Made by a program: the position numbers and the translations under genes | Shown: positions 41,025 through 53,649 of the stretch, in pieces | How positions within the stretch are numbered: the first letter of the stretch is position 1 | How the letters are laid out: the number at the start of each line of letters is the position of its first letter | The notes under the pieces: generated by a model | The model's database searches: none | Seen by the model: the letters and a program-made list of their open reading frames with translations, nothing else | What the model was told of the DNA's origin: nothing | Source: Vicugna vicugna | Taxonomy: Eukaryota | NCBI GenBank assembly: GCA_013265495.1 | Contig: MU058065.1 | Location: forward strand, 560,001-624,000 | Direction of reading: 5' to 3' | Length of the DNA stretch: 64,000 nucleotides

Positions 41025-43218
41025 TGAGCTCAGATCAAGATGGCAGGGAATAGAAGGACATGGCTCTCACCTCCTCCCACAAATATCAAAAACACATCTA
41101 TATTCTGGAAATTAAACCTTTGTCAGTCATATCATTTACAAATATTTTCTACCATTCTGTAGGTTATCATTTTGTTTCTGTTATACTTTCCTTTGCTGGG
41201 CAAAAGCTTACAAGTTTAATTAGGTCCCATTTGTTAATTTTTGTGTTTATTTCTGTTGCCTGGGTAGACTGCCCCAGGAGATCACCACTAAGATTTATGT
41301 CAGAGGACGTTTTGCCTATGTTTGCTTCTAGGAGATTCATTGTGTTTTGTCTTATACTTAAGCCTTTAAGCCATTTTGAGTTTATGTGTGTGTATGGTGT
41401 GAAGGACTGTTCTAACTTCACTGATTTCCATGCAGTTGCCCAACTTTCCCAACACCACTTGCTGAAGAGACTGTCTGTTCTCCATTGTATGTTCTTGCCT
41501 CCTTTGTCAAATATTAATTGACTGTAGGTCTGTGGGCTTATTTCTGGACTCTCTATTCGATTCCATTGATCCACATGTCTGTTTTTATGCCTATACCATG
41601 CTGTTTTGATTACTTTAGCTCTGTATTATGGCCTGAAGTCTGGAAGGGTTATTCCTCCAGCTTCGTTCTTTTTCTTCAGTATTGCTTTGGCAATTCTGGG
41701 TCTTTTGTGATTCCATATAAATTTTAGGATTATTTGTTCTAGTTCTGTGGAAAATGTCATAGGTAATTTGGTGGGGATCACATTAAATCTGTGGATTGCC
41801 TTGGGAAGTATGCCATTTTAACAATATTAATTATTCCAATCCGAGAGCATGGGATACCTTTCCATTTGTTTAAGTCATCTCTAATTTCCTTAATCAATGT
41901 TTTGTAGTTCTCCATGTATCAGTCTTTCACATCCTTGGTCAGATTTATTCCTAAGTAGTTTAGAATATATAAACAGCTCATATGGCTTAACAACAAAGCA
42001 AACAACCCAATCCAAAACTGGTTAGAAGACCTAAATAGACACTTCTCCAAAGAAGGTATACAAATGGCCAATAGGCACATGAAAAGGTGCTCAATGTCAC
42101 TAATTATTACAGAAATGCAAATCAAAATGACAATGAGGTATCACCTGTCAACAGTCAGAATGGTCATCATAAAAATGTCTACAAAGAACAAATGCTGAAG
42201 AGGATGTGGAGAAAAGGGAACCCTCCTACACAGCTGGTGGGAATGTAAATGGGTGTTGCCACTATGCAGAAATGGAGAACAGTATGAAGTTTCCTTAAAA
42301 ATTAAAAATAGAGTTACCATATGATTCAGCAATCCCATTCCTAGGCACAAATCCAGAATAGTTGAAAACCCTAAATGGAAAAGATACATGCACCCCAATG
42401 TCTACAGCCGCACTATTTACAATTGCCAAGACATGGAAGCAACCGGAATGTCCATCAACAGATGAATGGCTAAAGAAGATGCAGTATAGATGTATACGAT
42501 GGGACACTAATCAACCATAAAAAGAATAAAATAATGATATTTACAGCAAATGGATGGACCGAGAAATGATCTTATTAAGTGAAGTTAGTCAGACAGAGAA
42601 AGACAAATACCATATGACATCACTTATAGGTGGAATCTAAAATGCAACACAGTGAACTTACTTATGAAATGGAAACAGACACAGACATAGAAAACAAACT
42701 TATGGTTACCAAAGGGAAAAAGTGGTGGGCGAGGGATAAAATAGGAGTTTAGGATTAGCTGATATAAACTACGGTATTTGAAATAGATAAACAGTGCTCG
42801 CTGTAGCAGCCCGTATGCTAAAATTGGAACGATGCAGAGATTAGCATGGCCCCCTACGCAAGGATGACACACAAATTCATGAAGCATTCCATATTTTTGG
42901 AACTGTATTCAGTATCTTATAGCAACCTATAATGGAAAAGAATATGAAAACAAATACATGAATATGTATGACTGAAACATTATGTTGTACACCAGAAATT
43001 GACACAACATTGTAAACTGACTATACTTCAATGAAAAAAACCCAGGGTCCTACTGTATAGCACAGGGAACTATATTCAATATCCTGTAATAAACCATAAT
43101 GTCAAAGAATATGAAAAATAATGTATATATATGTATGTATAACTGAATCATTTTGCTGTACACCAGAAACTAATACAACATTGTAAACCAGCTGTGTACA
43201 TAAAATAAAGAATTTAAA
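41025..43218 (+). mobile_element. Complex L1: short 5'-end piece, inverted ORF2 segment (41100-41958), sense 3' part (41962-43218)
   Basis: ORF2 peptide DQWNRIESPEI...[10 protein letters not shown] on minus strand; TSD aaagaatgctgtgt (41011-41024) / aaaaaaagctgtgt (43219-43232). Confidence 0.9.
42794..42898 (+). pseudogene. RNU6: Full-length U6 snRNA retropseudogene fused to an L1 3' end (42899-43040)
   Basis: gtgctcgct...aaaattggaacgat...ttagcatggcccc...aggatgacac...ttccatattttt; ACAGAGA box mutated, 3-nt deletion, CpG decay. Confidence 0.95.
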
Positions 43219-43620
43219 AAAAAAAGCTGTGTCTCTGATACACATATTAATAGACAATGAAATATCTCATAATTTGTATTCTGGAGTCTAGACCTAGGTG
43301 CATTCTTTGAAATAAAAAGCCTTCCCTTATAGCACCATCATAACTAAATTTCACGTATTCTGAAAGAATTCCCATATTAGCAATCTATCCGTATGTGTCA
43401 ACTTGCAATAAAAAAATACTTGCTAACTGATTTGTTCTGGGTTGGGCTTTTGTGCTATGGATGTCCCAGTTCCTGAATGTGTTTCTCTGTGATGCAGTCG
43501 TAAAGCGGTCCTTGATCTACTGTCTTTACATTCTTCACACAACATTTAGTTTCATACATATATATATTTCTCTCTTTATATATTTGTGCATAAATGATGC
43601 TTAATTGTTGAGAGCTTTAT

Positions 43621-43913
43621 CACTTCACTAGCAGTACATCTGTGCACAGAGCTCCGCGTGGTCACGTGGTCCTCCATCAGTTATTCCTTAGAAAGAAGAA
43701 ACTCAATACAGGTTCGTAAGCAGACGAACATAAGCCCTTTTGGTCTTCAATTTCTTCGGAATTCCTTCCCTCTCATCTCTTGGATGACTTCCACTGCCGC
43801 ATCCAGGAAAGTCGTGGCTCTTCTCAACAAGAAATCCAGTGAAGCGGATTTCATCTTCAGGACTTCACCACTGACAATAATGCGAAGTTCACCACCTTTA
43901 TTTAAATGATAAG
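43621..43913 (-). pseudogene. Pseudo-exon (AYHLNKGGELRIIVSGEVLKMKSASLDFLLRRATTFLDAAVEVIQEMRGKEFRRN*RPKGLMFVCLRTCIEFLLSKE*LMEDHVTTRSSVHRCTASEV)
   Basis: Polypyrimidine tract + acacag acceptor; 97 codons with 2 stops; matches recalled PCNX ASDYLNALVHLIE..RGLEF and QRWLAWEV; donor apparently GT->AT. Confidence 0.75.
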
Positions 43914-46399
43914 CTGTGTATTTAGAAAAGACATTAAAATGAGAACTATGGTAAAGTACCAATTTAAAATTAATGCTCATATTTTTTTCAGAATTGTATG
44001 CACTTTTGGATTACTATTGACTACTTTTAAAATATCACCCAGTGTGACATAATCTTACTGCACCTGTCTCTACGGTGCCTTGTTATTTGGTTTACTAATA
44101 TCTGAACAGGTCTACAGCCGGATTAAACATGTGAATGGAGTAGCGATTTCAAGTTATTATAAAAGCTTTCATATGCTTACTAGTGATTCTTGTTCTTATC
44201 TGATCGCAAAGGATGGATGATAATCTCGATAGGAAGTGGTTTGTGGACCCCCACTGAGCATGGCTCTGCATCACAGGGTGTATGCTACCAAAACAGTGAG
44301 GAAAAGCAAGAAAGGGGAGGACACCAGACATACAGAGATCCAGAATGAGTGAAGTCACAGGACAGTAACTGAGAAACAGGCAGAGAGCACAACTTCTAGA
44401 ATGGACAGGGACAGAGGACTCAGGGAAGAAGTTGCAAGGGAAAAAGAAACAGTTGCACTGTTGGCTGCCTGCCGCGCCTGACCATGAGACAAAGATTTTT
44501 CAAGAGTCTTTTTAACATATTTGGAGAATTTGGAAAGCTTTAATGATAATGACAGAAAGTCATGAAAGCAAATAAAAAAGATACAATTATTAGCTGCAGG
44601 AAAAACAATGTAAATCGTGCTTAAATTGATCATAATGAAAGTATGATAATAATTGCATTGGAGGATGTAAAGAAAGGGATGCAGAGCTTGGGGGATAGAG
44701 AATGATTTTTTGTTTTCCAGTAGAAAGTTATTAGATGATGTCTAAGAATTACAAATCAAGAGGTAAGGGAAAATTTTATTATTTAGAATTATGGAATTGG
44801 ATAAAAGAGTAAACTGCTTAAGAATTGTCAGTAGTTACTTCTGGAGGGCGGTATACAGAATAGAAGTGAAGTAGGAGATTTCTGATTTCAGGTTAAAGTT
44901 TGTAAAATGATTTGACTTGTAAAGCTCTGCACAAGTATAAAATAATTTAATGAAAGCTACTAGTCTGAGTTAATATTTTTATTGTTAACTGTATCAAAAT
45001 TTTGATCTACTAAAATATCTGTTTCACACAGATTATTTTTCTAAATATATGTGTATGTTGGTCTCTATTAACTGTTTAAAATTACTCAATTATCATGACT
45101 ACATCTAATATTCTAATATAATTTTAAACCATTCTTAAAATTTTTAAAAATTTACTTGAAAAATAAATTAATTCTTATTCCATGGATCTTTGTGTTTAAA
45201 GTTCAAGAATTTTGACATTTTAAAAGTTCAATAGGGATTATTGCCTTTCATGCTTATGACTGAAAAGTGGCTCAGAAAACTTCAAATTATCTTTTTAGAA
45301 AGTTACCTCACCTCTGAGCAGAAAAACCCCTGCCCTTTAGAGGGAAAGCATTTGTACAAATGTCAAGTAAGAAGAAATGAGGTGAGAGTGGAAAGTATTT
45401 GGCAATAATAAATTTTGGCCCTTGCCAGGATTACATTTATTGTGCTTTAAGTTTGCAAAATTTCATATTGTCATGCTTAATATAAAATATAATGATATTC
45501 TTTAGACACATAAGTTAAATTTTACATTAAAGCACATAGAAGCATAGACGAACTTGGCTTCTTCAACTTGCTAACAAACTCTGACAAAATCTTTGTGGAG
45601 ATTTCTTTTCTTATTATTATTTTAATTACAAGGATAATAAAAGCGTGAGACAAAGGGCTTAAACCTGGAATGAATGCTATTCATTCTCACTTCAGCTAGA
45701 TGATCTTTGCTTGTTCTTCAGTCTTCTATAACCCATAACTTTTCAGAAATTCTTATCCATCTAAATAAAGAACTACTCTTTGGCTGCAAGGTAGGGGATC
45801 TGCAATTCCCACTGGAAATGCTACTTGGGGTGTAAAGAGAGGGATGCCTGGGGAAAAAAAAACAACATAAGAAATTGCCTTGAGTTATTCTGGAGCAAAA
45901 TGATATCTATGCTTACAATGGAGACGAGCTTGCTTTCTTGCAGAATACCTGTGCTCCAAGGAAATCATACCCTCTGTCTGAAGATTCACTGTATGGTTCT
46001 TACTGGACTGGAAGCAATTCAGTCTACGGAGATCGAGGCCAGGGGGAAGAGAAATATGGCATGGAAACCGACTCATAACTCTAGTCATCCACTCCTAAAA
46101 TGAATGTGCAGATGCTGTCAGGCTAATATGAATATCGGGTCACAAAGCAGCACAAGGAGAGCATGTGGAAATGCAAGGGACAGGATGACCTGCTTAGCCT
46201 GGGTCATATCATGACAAGTGGGTTTCAGTTTTAGGCTGCTTTGGCAACGTATCGTGACAATGAGACTTTTTCTTCTGGCTATCTGCCCAGGGTACGTCCA
46301 AGCCCTCCGTTTCTGTTCTGTGGAGTTGCTGAAGGCTCTGGGTTCAGGTTCACCAATTTAGTTCCTACACTTGCATCTTCTTTCTTTCTTTTAGCACCA

Positions 46400-47130
46400 C
46401 AAACATCGGAGTGGTAGGCTCCACTTGCTGCTTCAGATCTCTCACCTTCTGCTTATTCTTCAGCCCACTGTAGTCAAACATAATGGAAACCACTGTCTCA
46501 AAGCCGCCAACTATCTGCTGATTTTAAAGGCAAAGATTGCATTTTTGTCCTTATCCTGTCCAATCCCCTTGAAATCATCAAGATTGATGCATTTGTCTCT
46601 TCTCCGCAATTGTCTTTAGTGTGGTTGAACTACAGCCCACCATCCCATATCTCCTCCTGTATCTCCTGTTATTTCTTCTCCTACTTTTTCACCGGTTCCT
46701 CTTCTGCTTGTCCCATATACAGGGACCCCCCTCCAAGTCAGTATCCATCTCCTTACCTTCTTCTTTTCTTACACTGTAGCTACAACCTTCACTTTACAGA
46801 TAAAACTCAAATGCATAGTGTTTACCTTTCTTTGTTTTTTCTCTTCTGCATTTCAATTCTACATGTCTAATTACCTCTTGAGTAGCTCTCAAATTCAAAG
46901 AGCGCCTCATCAATTCTCATCTTGTTCTTTCCCCAAATGATGTTTTTCTCCTGTGCCCCCCTTATCAACTATGTTTTGGCGTCTTCAGTTCATCCTTAGA
47001 AGAATCTTTTCCCTCACCCTGCACATCCAGATGACCTCCTAGTGCTGTCATTTCTACCTCCACAGTGCTTCCCAAATAGTTTTCCTCCATTTCATTCTTG
47101 TTGCCATGACATTGGTTCACAATCTATCTT
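46400..47130 (+). mobile_element. L2 LINE fragment
   Basis: Pyrimidine-rich degenerate L2 ORF2-like sequence. Confidence 0.55.
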
Positions 47131-47142
47131 TTAAGCTTTTTA

Positions 47143-47288
47143 GTTTTTGTTTTTTCTTTTGGAGGGGCAGGGAAGTAATTAGGTTTATTTATTTACTTAC
47201 TTGTTTTTAGAGGAGGTACTGGAGACTGAACTGAGAACCTTATGCATGCTAAGCATGTGCTCTACCACTTTGAGCTATACCCTCCCCC
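47143..47288 (-). mobile_element. tRNA-Ala-derived SINE (camelid vic-1 type) with tail
   Basis: Reverse complement resembles tRNA-Ala(AGC) head; 12-bp TSD ttaagcttttta at 47131-47142 and 47289-47300. Confidence 0.85.
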
Positions 47289-47599
47289 TTAAGCTTTTTA
47301 ATAGATGCTTCATTCGTATCCCTTCTCTCCAATCCTATGTTATCACCACAGCCCTTTCTAAAAGCCAAGATCTCTCCATATCATTTTCCTGCTTACAAAT
47401 GTGCTTCTTCCCTACTTGTTAATAAAATAAGTTTAAAATATAATTTTTTAAAAAACCCTATGAGGTTTAACATTTATCATCATCTGGCTCAGTTTCTTTT
47501 TCCAGCCTTGGTATTTGCAACCCCATCTCAGAATTATCAGAACACTAATTTCAGAACTCGATCTTTACATTTGTCTGTTATTTCTCTGTTTATAAATAA

Positions 47600-47722
47600 T
47601 AATTAAAGACTTGCTGTATACCAAAATTCTAGGCTGTCTACCAAAGATACATAATGGACAAGACAAACACATCCCTTAATATTCATAGAGATCACAGTCC
47701 TAGTGCAGAAAAAAAGAATCGA

Positions 47723-47778
<56 letters not shown>

Positions 47779-48770
47779 GAAAGAAAGAAAAATCAAGTGT
47801 ACTACATGCTTTACTAGAGGAAGTGTGAGATTCTAAAAGGCAGCTTACCTCATGTGCATAGTGGTCCTGGTGGGGATATGTTGGGCAGAAAATTTAGTTA
47901 CAGAAGTAGGCACTATTTAAATTGGAGAAGATAGGTGGGTGGGCCGATTCCTGGCAAGAGAAAATAGCCACAGAAAATATGAAAATGAAAGATGTTCAGT
48001 ACAGTGACTGCCCAGGAGATGAAGGGGAGAATGCTGACTATGGTGGAGCTGGTAGAGTAAGAAAAACACCGGGTGGGGAAAGTCCATGTGAACCAACCCA
48101 AGTGCTCTCTGGACCTTGCACGATGAGCAACTGGAAGTCTATTTTAAAGAGGACTGTGATCAAATCATATTTGCATTGGGAAGAGTCATCTGGCTGCAGT
48201 GTGAAGGGTTAAAAGGAAAAGAGGAGAGGAAGTGGTACTATTTAGTAGCTGTTGCTGAAAATCTTGGGAGCAACCACACTGGCTTTAACGAGTTCTTTGT
48301 TATATGGACAGAGTAAGGTGGACTGGTTTAGAAAACAGTTCAAAGGAATAAAAAAAAATCAGGATTTAGTGATTGCTTTATTGTTGGTAGCATATGACTG
48401 AGTAGGATGAAGGATGGTAATGGGGAGGGGATATGTAAGTTTGGAACTCAAAACAGGGACCAGGGACTAAGGCGCAGATTTGAAATTCGTTAGCATGTAG
48501 GTTTAGCTAAAACAATGGAAGTAGATGAGAGTGCTCAGGGAGTTTGCATACAATGAGTGTAGTACCTAAGAGGACCTGCAGTGATGCCAAGCTTTTATGT
48601 AGGGTTGAAAGAAGACAATGGTGGTCCTAGGAATGTCAGATAAGCTTATTTAATAAAGAAGTCAGAAATGTCAAACACAGCCTAGGGGAGAAATGAGGAT
48701 TACTTTTTTGGGGGCAAGGGAGTATTGAGTGTCAAAGATACCATTAGTGAGCTTGATGAAAGCACTTTTA
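47600..48770 (-). mobile_element. L2 LINE fragments
   Basis: Purine-rich degenerate antisense L2 (ggatttagtgattgc, aaaacaatggaagtagatgaga). Confidence 0.55.
47721..47790 (+). repeat. (GAAA)n microsatellite
   Basis: Direct reading. Confidence 0.95.
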
Positions 48771-50535
48771 GCAGAGCGTTGAGCGGGAGGCTGCATCTCC
48801 CTCTTCATGCACCTACCTTCACGTCCGTCTCCTGGGCGAGCCAGCGAGATCGGGGCGGTGGCTGTGGGGAGGGGCAGCGGCCGTAGGCCACTACGCTTTA
48901 CTTCTTTTCCGAGCATAAGTACAAGCCAGTTTTGACATTTCTGTTTTGTTGAAATCCCAGATACCCTCCGAAAGCCTGCGGCGGCAAGACCTCCCTGCAG
49001 GTGCGACCACCCTGGGCCCCCTGCTGCAGCCAGTCATCCCATGCCCCGTATTCTTCTAAGGACAGAACCACTTGCCACCTCCTCTCTGTTGAAACCCCGT
49101 TTGGCTTGAAGAAACAGATCAACTATCACCTCCTCCTAAAGACATCTCACTTCACAAGAGAATGACTTGTCTTCAGTATTCCTGGAAGGTTTTGTATATA
49201 AATCCCTGAAGTATTAAAAGCATTCTGCTTCAGAATGTCATTACATATGTAGATCTGTCTTTCCCTCTCGGGACAATGTCTCGTTCATCTTTATACCACA
49301 GATTTCACCCCATGAGTTGAGGTATTTCATCCTTGTTTATGGAATTAAATCAAAATGTTTATATACCATTGTGTGTCTGATTGCAACTGATTATTTTTAA
49401 AGTCCAGACAGTATTTCATGATGGAGAACTACATTTTTGTAGAGAAAAAAAATACAAGACAGTTGAAATTACTTTCGCTCCTTCTTCAAACTGTGAAGGT
49501 TGCTACTGTCAGGTGCAGTTCTGAATCAAGTAGCGTTCTACTCTTTGTGTCTGAGAGAGGCTTAGCTAAAACTTTCTTGCATGTAAAGGAGAGAGATAGA
49601 TTCCATAAATAATATTTTGTGACTATATAGCCTGTGAGCAGCATTCCAAAAAGTACCCAGTAATCTTGAGGCTGCCTATGAACTGGGTTTGCTTTGGACA
49701 AGCAGCTTACATCATATGACAAATAAGAGACTTGCTACCGGGAGCTACGGTCTAATTTACAATCTTCACCTAAGTAAAGAGATTCTAAAGTAGTGCTTAT
49801 ATGAGGTTTAAGTTTCCTGCCAATTTTCTGCCTTTAAAAGATATAATTTTATTTATATGGTTGGAGACCTAGAAGAGTTCTGTTTAGTACTTTAAGCTGA
49901 TTATTGCCAATGTAATGTTGGATTTTCGACATGGTTTCTTCTCTGCAGTAGAGTAATATTTGAAATAGGTATCAGTTTTCAAGTGTCAAATGAATTCTCA
50001 ATGTGCATGAATATCATAAAATCTGAATATCAACTTAAAATTTATAACTTCATAATGTAGCCAATAGCCTTAAAGGAGTTGTGGATTTCAGGATTTTTTT
50101 TTTCCCCGTTCTACCCCCAGTGTTGGCTATCTGTGAGCAAATCGATACTTGGCTGAAGACTTGATGAGAACAAGCGACGCTGGAAAGTGCTAAGAACTCT
50201 TGAAGTGTATCCATGCTTTAATTGCTACTTGACCTCATTCGTCTTCCCACCAGACAGAGCACAGAGCAAATGATACGATGGATGTCAAATGCAGATTCAT
50301 AATTCACCACAGTTAGGAAGACTTACAATGGTACATCTTTAAACTCAATGAAAATGCCCAAGCAGATCAACATCTCATTTAGTAGAGTCAGTGCTAATAT
50401 AATGGAATGTTTTCTTCAGTGTATTCAGTGAAGCAGAAGAAGGGCTAAAGTCCAATTATTTCTTACGGTGATGGAGGTCAGTATGCTCACAGATGCACAA
50501 GAGGACATGAATCAAATTTGTGTCCTTTCCTGTAG

Positions 50536-50539
<4 letters not shown>

Positions 50540-50571
<32 letters not shown>

Positions 50572-50581
50572 TGTATGTGTG
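50540..50581 (+). repeat. (TG)n microsatellite
   Basis: Direct reading. Confidence 0.95.
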
Positions 50582-51699
50582 AGAAAGAGAGAGAAATTGA
50601 GAAAGAGGAGTGACTCCAAGGAAAAAAATCTGTCTTTAGGTATTAAAAATAGTTTAAATTTCCTCAAGTGTTACACAAGAAAAAAAAGTGTCATTGGAAA
50701 AACAATACTTCTTTGTGTTAGGGTTATGATAATATATTTTAATGAATGAGTTCCTTGTTATTAAAGCTTTAAGCAGAATATTAAGGAAAAATTTAATAAA
50801 GTGGAATCATTTCTTCAAACTAAAAATGAACTTTGCTCATGTTGGTTCACAATGGAAAAATGACAATAAGTATTTTAGACATCTTTTTAAATGGTTCATT
50901 GAGAGTTTTCCATGAATAAATGGTTTCTTTCATGTGTCTAAATTCACTGCCAAATATTTGGGACAGGACACCTGGGGCATTTGCTTCCTCTTTGGGCCCA
51001 GGCATCCTTCTCAATTCACATACTGTTGACCCAATCAGTTCCATCTGTTCTAGTAAGAACCCACATGTGGCCAAATTCAGAGAGAAAAAACTTGGCACTG
51101 GTGTCCACAGCTTCACTTCCTGCTTCACTGACCCCGCTCCGTGGTTCCCCTCTAAAGCTCCATCCTTTCAAGGATCTCAGGCATTTCTTGATCTCCTTCT
51201 GTCATTCTTCACTAAGCTTCCAGTGGTTTCCAGTCATTTGGGGCTCATTGTGATGCTTGTTTTATGAATTTTTTTCAGTGTCTTTGCATTTCATCCAAGC
51301 TCTGATTGGAGCAGGAATGGTCCTGCCTTGCTTTATGGGATTTCCAGGCATCACTGTGCAGGTGAGAAAGCAATGGTACTGTCCTGGCCCTCAGAGATGG
51401 TACCACACAGGCCTGTCCTGACTCCCAATCTACCTATGGACATTCTGGTCCACGTGCCCTGGGACTCTCAGTGCTATTGTCTCCTTTAACTTTTAGCCCT
51501 TCTGTATTTCTTCAGTTAACTTTGATAGGTTCTCTGTGGTCTGTAAATTATATAAAAAATTCATGCATTTCTATTTTTCGCTATATGTATGTATATTTTA
51601 AGGTGAGAGGGATCTTCTTAGTTTTTCTTGTAAAGAATCTGCTCTTTGATTCCATTTGTACCCATTATTCAAACTTAGCTGTGTTCTATGGGATAAAAC

Positions 51700-51743
51700 C
51701 AACCATTAGATCCAACGTGGGCCCGATAACAGGGTCTTTTCTC
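51700..51743 (-). pseudogene. Pseudo-exon (RKDPVIGPTLDLMV)
   Basis: tttttaaaaacag acceptor, weak G|gtttta donor; phase 2->1 bridges neighbours; spliced LDLMVAYHL aligns with PCNX LNSIFYEHL. Confidence 0.6.
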
Positions 51744-52810
51744 CTGTTTTTAAAAAGTGTGTGCACAGAATTTTTATGGGCTTCATCTCTGTTACTACTG
51801 GGCACACGATTCTGCTGAAGCCACACTTATTTTGCAAGTCAGCGAGGACTTCTCCAGCAGCAGGTTGGAGTTGCATTGGTAACTTTGCTCTAAATTTCCC
51901 CTTTAACGGAAGAAAAACATGGAAGGAAGGCGGAGGAACATAAATCTTGCAAGTTGCTTTTCCGAGACCAGCCAGAGCTAGCCCGAAATGAGCACAGTGT
52001 ATGCTGCTGGAGGCTGTATTCTCCTCATTCCGATTTCAACAAGTAGTTGCCAGCCAGAGGAGCGTTAGAAGGTAAAAGGGGATCGACCAGTTGTTAATCC
52101 AGTTGTGACTCTGGTTTTGGGCTCCTTTCTTCAAACGGCCGAGCCCTGCTTTGTTCTGTGATTGAGTGCCTTTGTCCTAACAGAGCTTCTCATTTTGTAC
52201 CTTTCACCATTGTTTTTGGCCACAGACCAAGCCTCACATCTTCTGGTCACAGAATTCCTTTCTGCAGGCTCCTCTGAAGGCTGAGGCTCCGTGTAACCTA
52301 AGACGCCTCGATTTCCCTGCAGACAGCACATTAAAGCGAGGTCTGTTGGCCAGCTGCAGAAACAGGTGTTTTTCTCCTTTCATTCACACCCGCCCCCATT
52401 TATTTGTCTGAAGAATTCCTCTTCCAGGGCTGTTCACAAATGCTGAAGGAACTGGGCAGATTGCACTGGCGGTAGAGTCTGGGATTAAAATGCTTCACCT
52501 GCTTAGCAGTCCGGCCCCATAAACGGTGCTTCCAGATGCAGCGCACCATGGTTCTGTTGTTTTGCTTGCCCCTCGTTAATGAGCGGGAGGGGGTGCAGGC
52601 ATCTCGGAGGCCCACCACACCGTGTGTTTACCGACTCAGATTCCATCTCTGCCCTTTGGAGAAGGCTGACTCATGCTGCTTTCTGAGAAACTGGAGAAGT
52701 TAAGTAAATGCTATGATTATTGTCCTTTTTTTTTTTTTTAATCCATGGAGCAGGGTCATGAAAACCTGAAGCGGTTTAGTCCTATCGAATTTAATGTTGG
52801 TAGCGCTAAC

Positions 52811-53179
52811 CTAGATCAATCTTTTATAGCTCGATTGTATAGATGCAAAGGGTCAAATATCATAGGGTTTACTACCAAATCTGCTGTTACTTCAAATGCG
52901 TCCTGGGAGATGGTTGTGATTTTCTTCGGAGAACAAGCCTGTAGTCTGAGTGGGCTGTGGAGATGTCGTCTTTCTAGTAGAGAGTGCCACATCTACTATT
53001 ACCTCTTCTGATACTGGCAGATCTAAATTGCAGGAATTTGACTGTGAAGATCCCTGTTTGAGTTGCCTCAGAATTTTTTCACCCCATAAGCATATTTCAC
53101 AAGCTTTGGTCACCCTGGTTTTTCTTTCCTTTGCAGGATTTGGGGTGAACTGGAATATATTTCAGACTTAAAGTAAAAG
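52811..53179 (-). pseudogene. Pseudo-exon (LLL*V*NIFQFTPNPAKERKTRVTKACEICLWGEKILRQLKQ...VIVDVALS/ frameshift /...ITTISQDAFEVTADLVVNPMIFDPLHLYNRAIKD*S)
   Basis: attaaacag acceptor, AG|gttagc donor; end resembles recalled PCNX VRPVKFWERDYNTKRVDHS. Confidence 0.65.
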
Positions 53180-53649
53180 CTGTTTAATGCAAATGAATAT
53201 TATAAGTTATTAGCATAAGATATTGCTTTTTTGATTTAGGTAATACATTATAAGTAAATACATAGTGTCAGTGAAACTATGAGACTAACAGGGTGACTAT
53301 GAGTTAATTTAATTCTAACATTCGGAATTATCCATTTTAAGATGTTGCAAAGGACATGGGCCACAGAGGAGAGTCTAACCCATTCCCTACCTTCTAGAAT
53401 TCCTGGGAGCTGGTGCTTAAGGAAAATGGTAGAGTCTTCATTTAAATGCCCTCAGGCTGTCAGCATCTTTGGACATTTCCTCTCTTCCTTCAAGCAGGAA
53501 ATCAAACAAGTAGGCTGGTTGCAAGACTTCGTAGGTAGCCTCCCACCATACTGTTACCTTCGACCTTTCAAAAATGCGTCTTTGCTATGTTTGCAAACCC
53601 CAGAGGCTGTCTCAGAACAACCTGTGTTCCAACCACAAATATTGCTAGG

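Noticed and set aside
41167..41574. 135-aa ORF as a functional CDS
   Set aside because: Fragment of L1 ORF2 in an inverted, truncated copy.
42794..42898. Functional U6 gene
   Set aside because: Upstream is L1 sequence rather than a PSE/TATA promoter, the ACAGAGA box is mutated and it is fused to an L1 tail.
49470..49580. Minus-strand exon candidate (KVLAKPLSDTKSRTLLDSELHL)
   Set aside because: The 51700 and 43913 exons already join in phase and in motif register without it.
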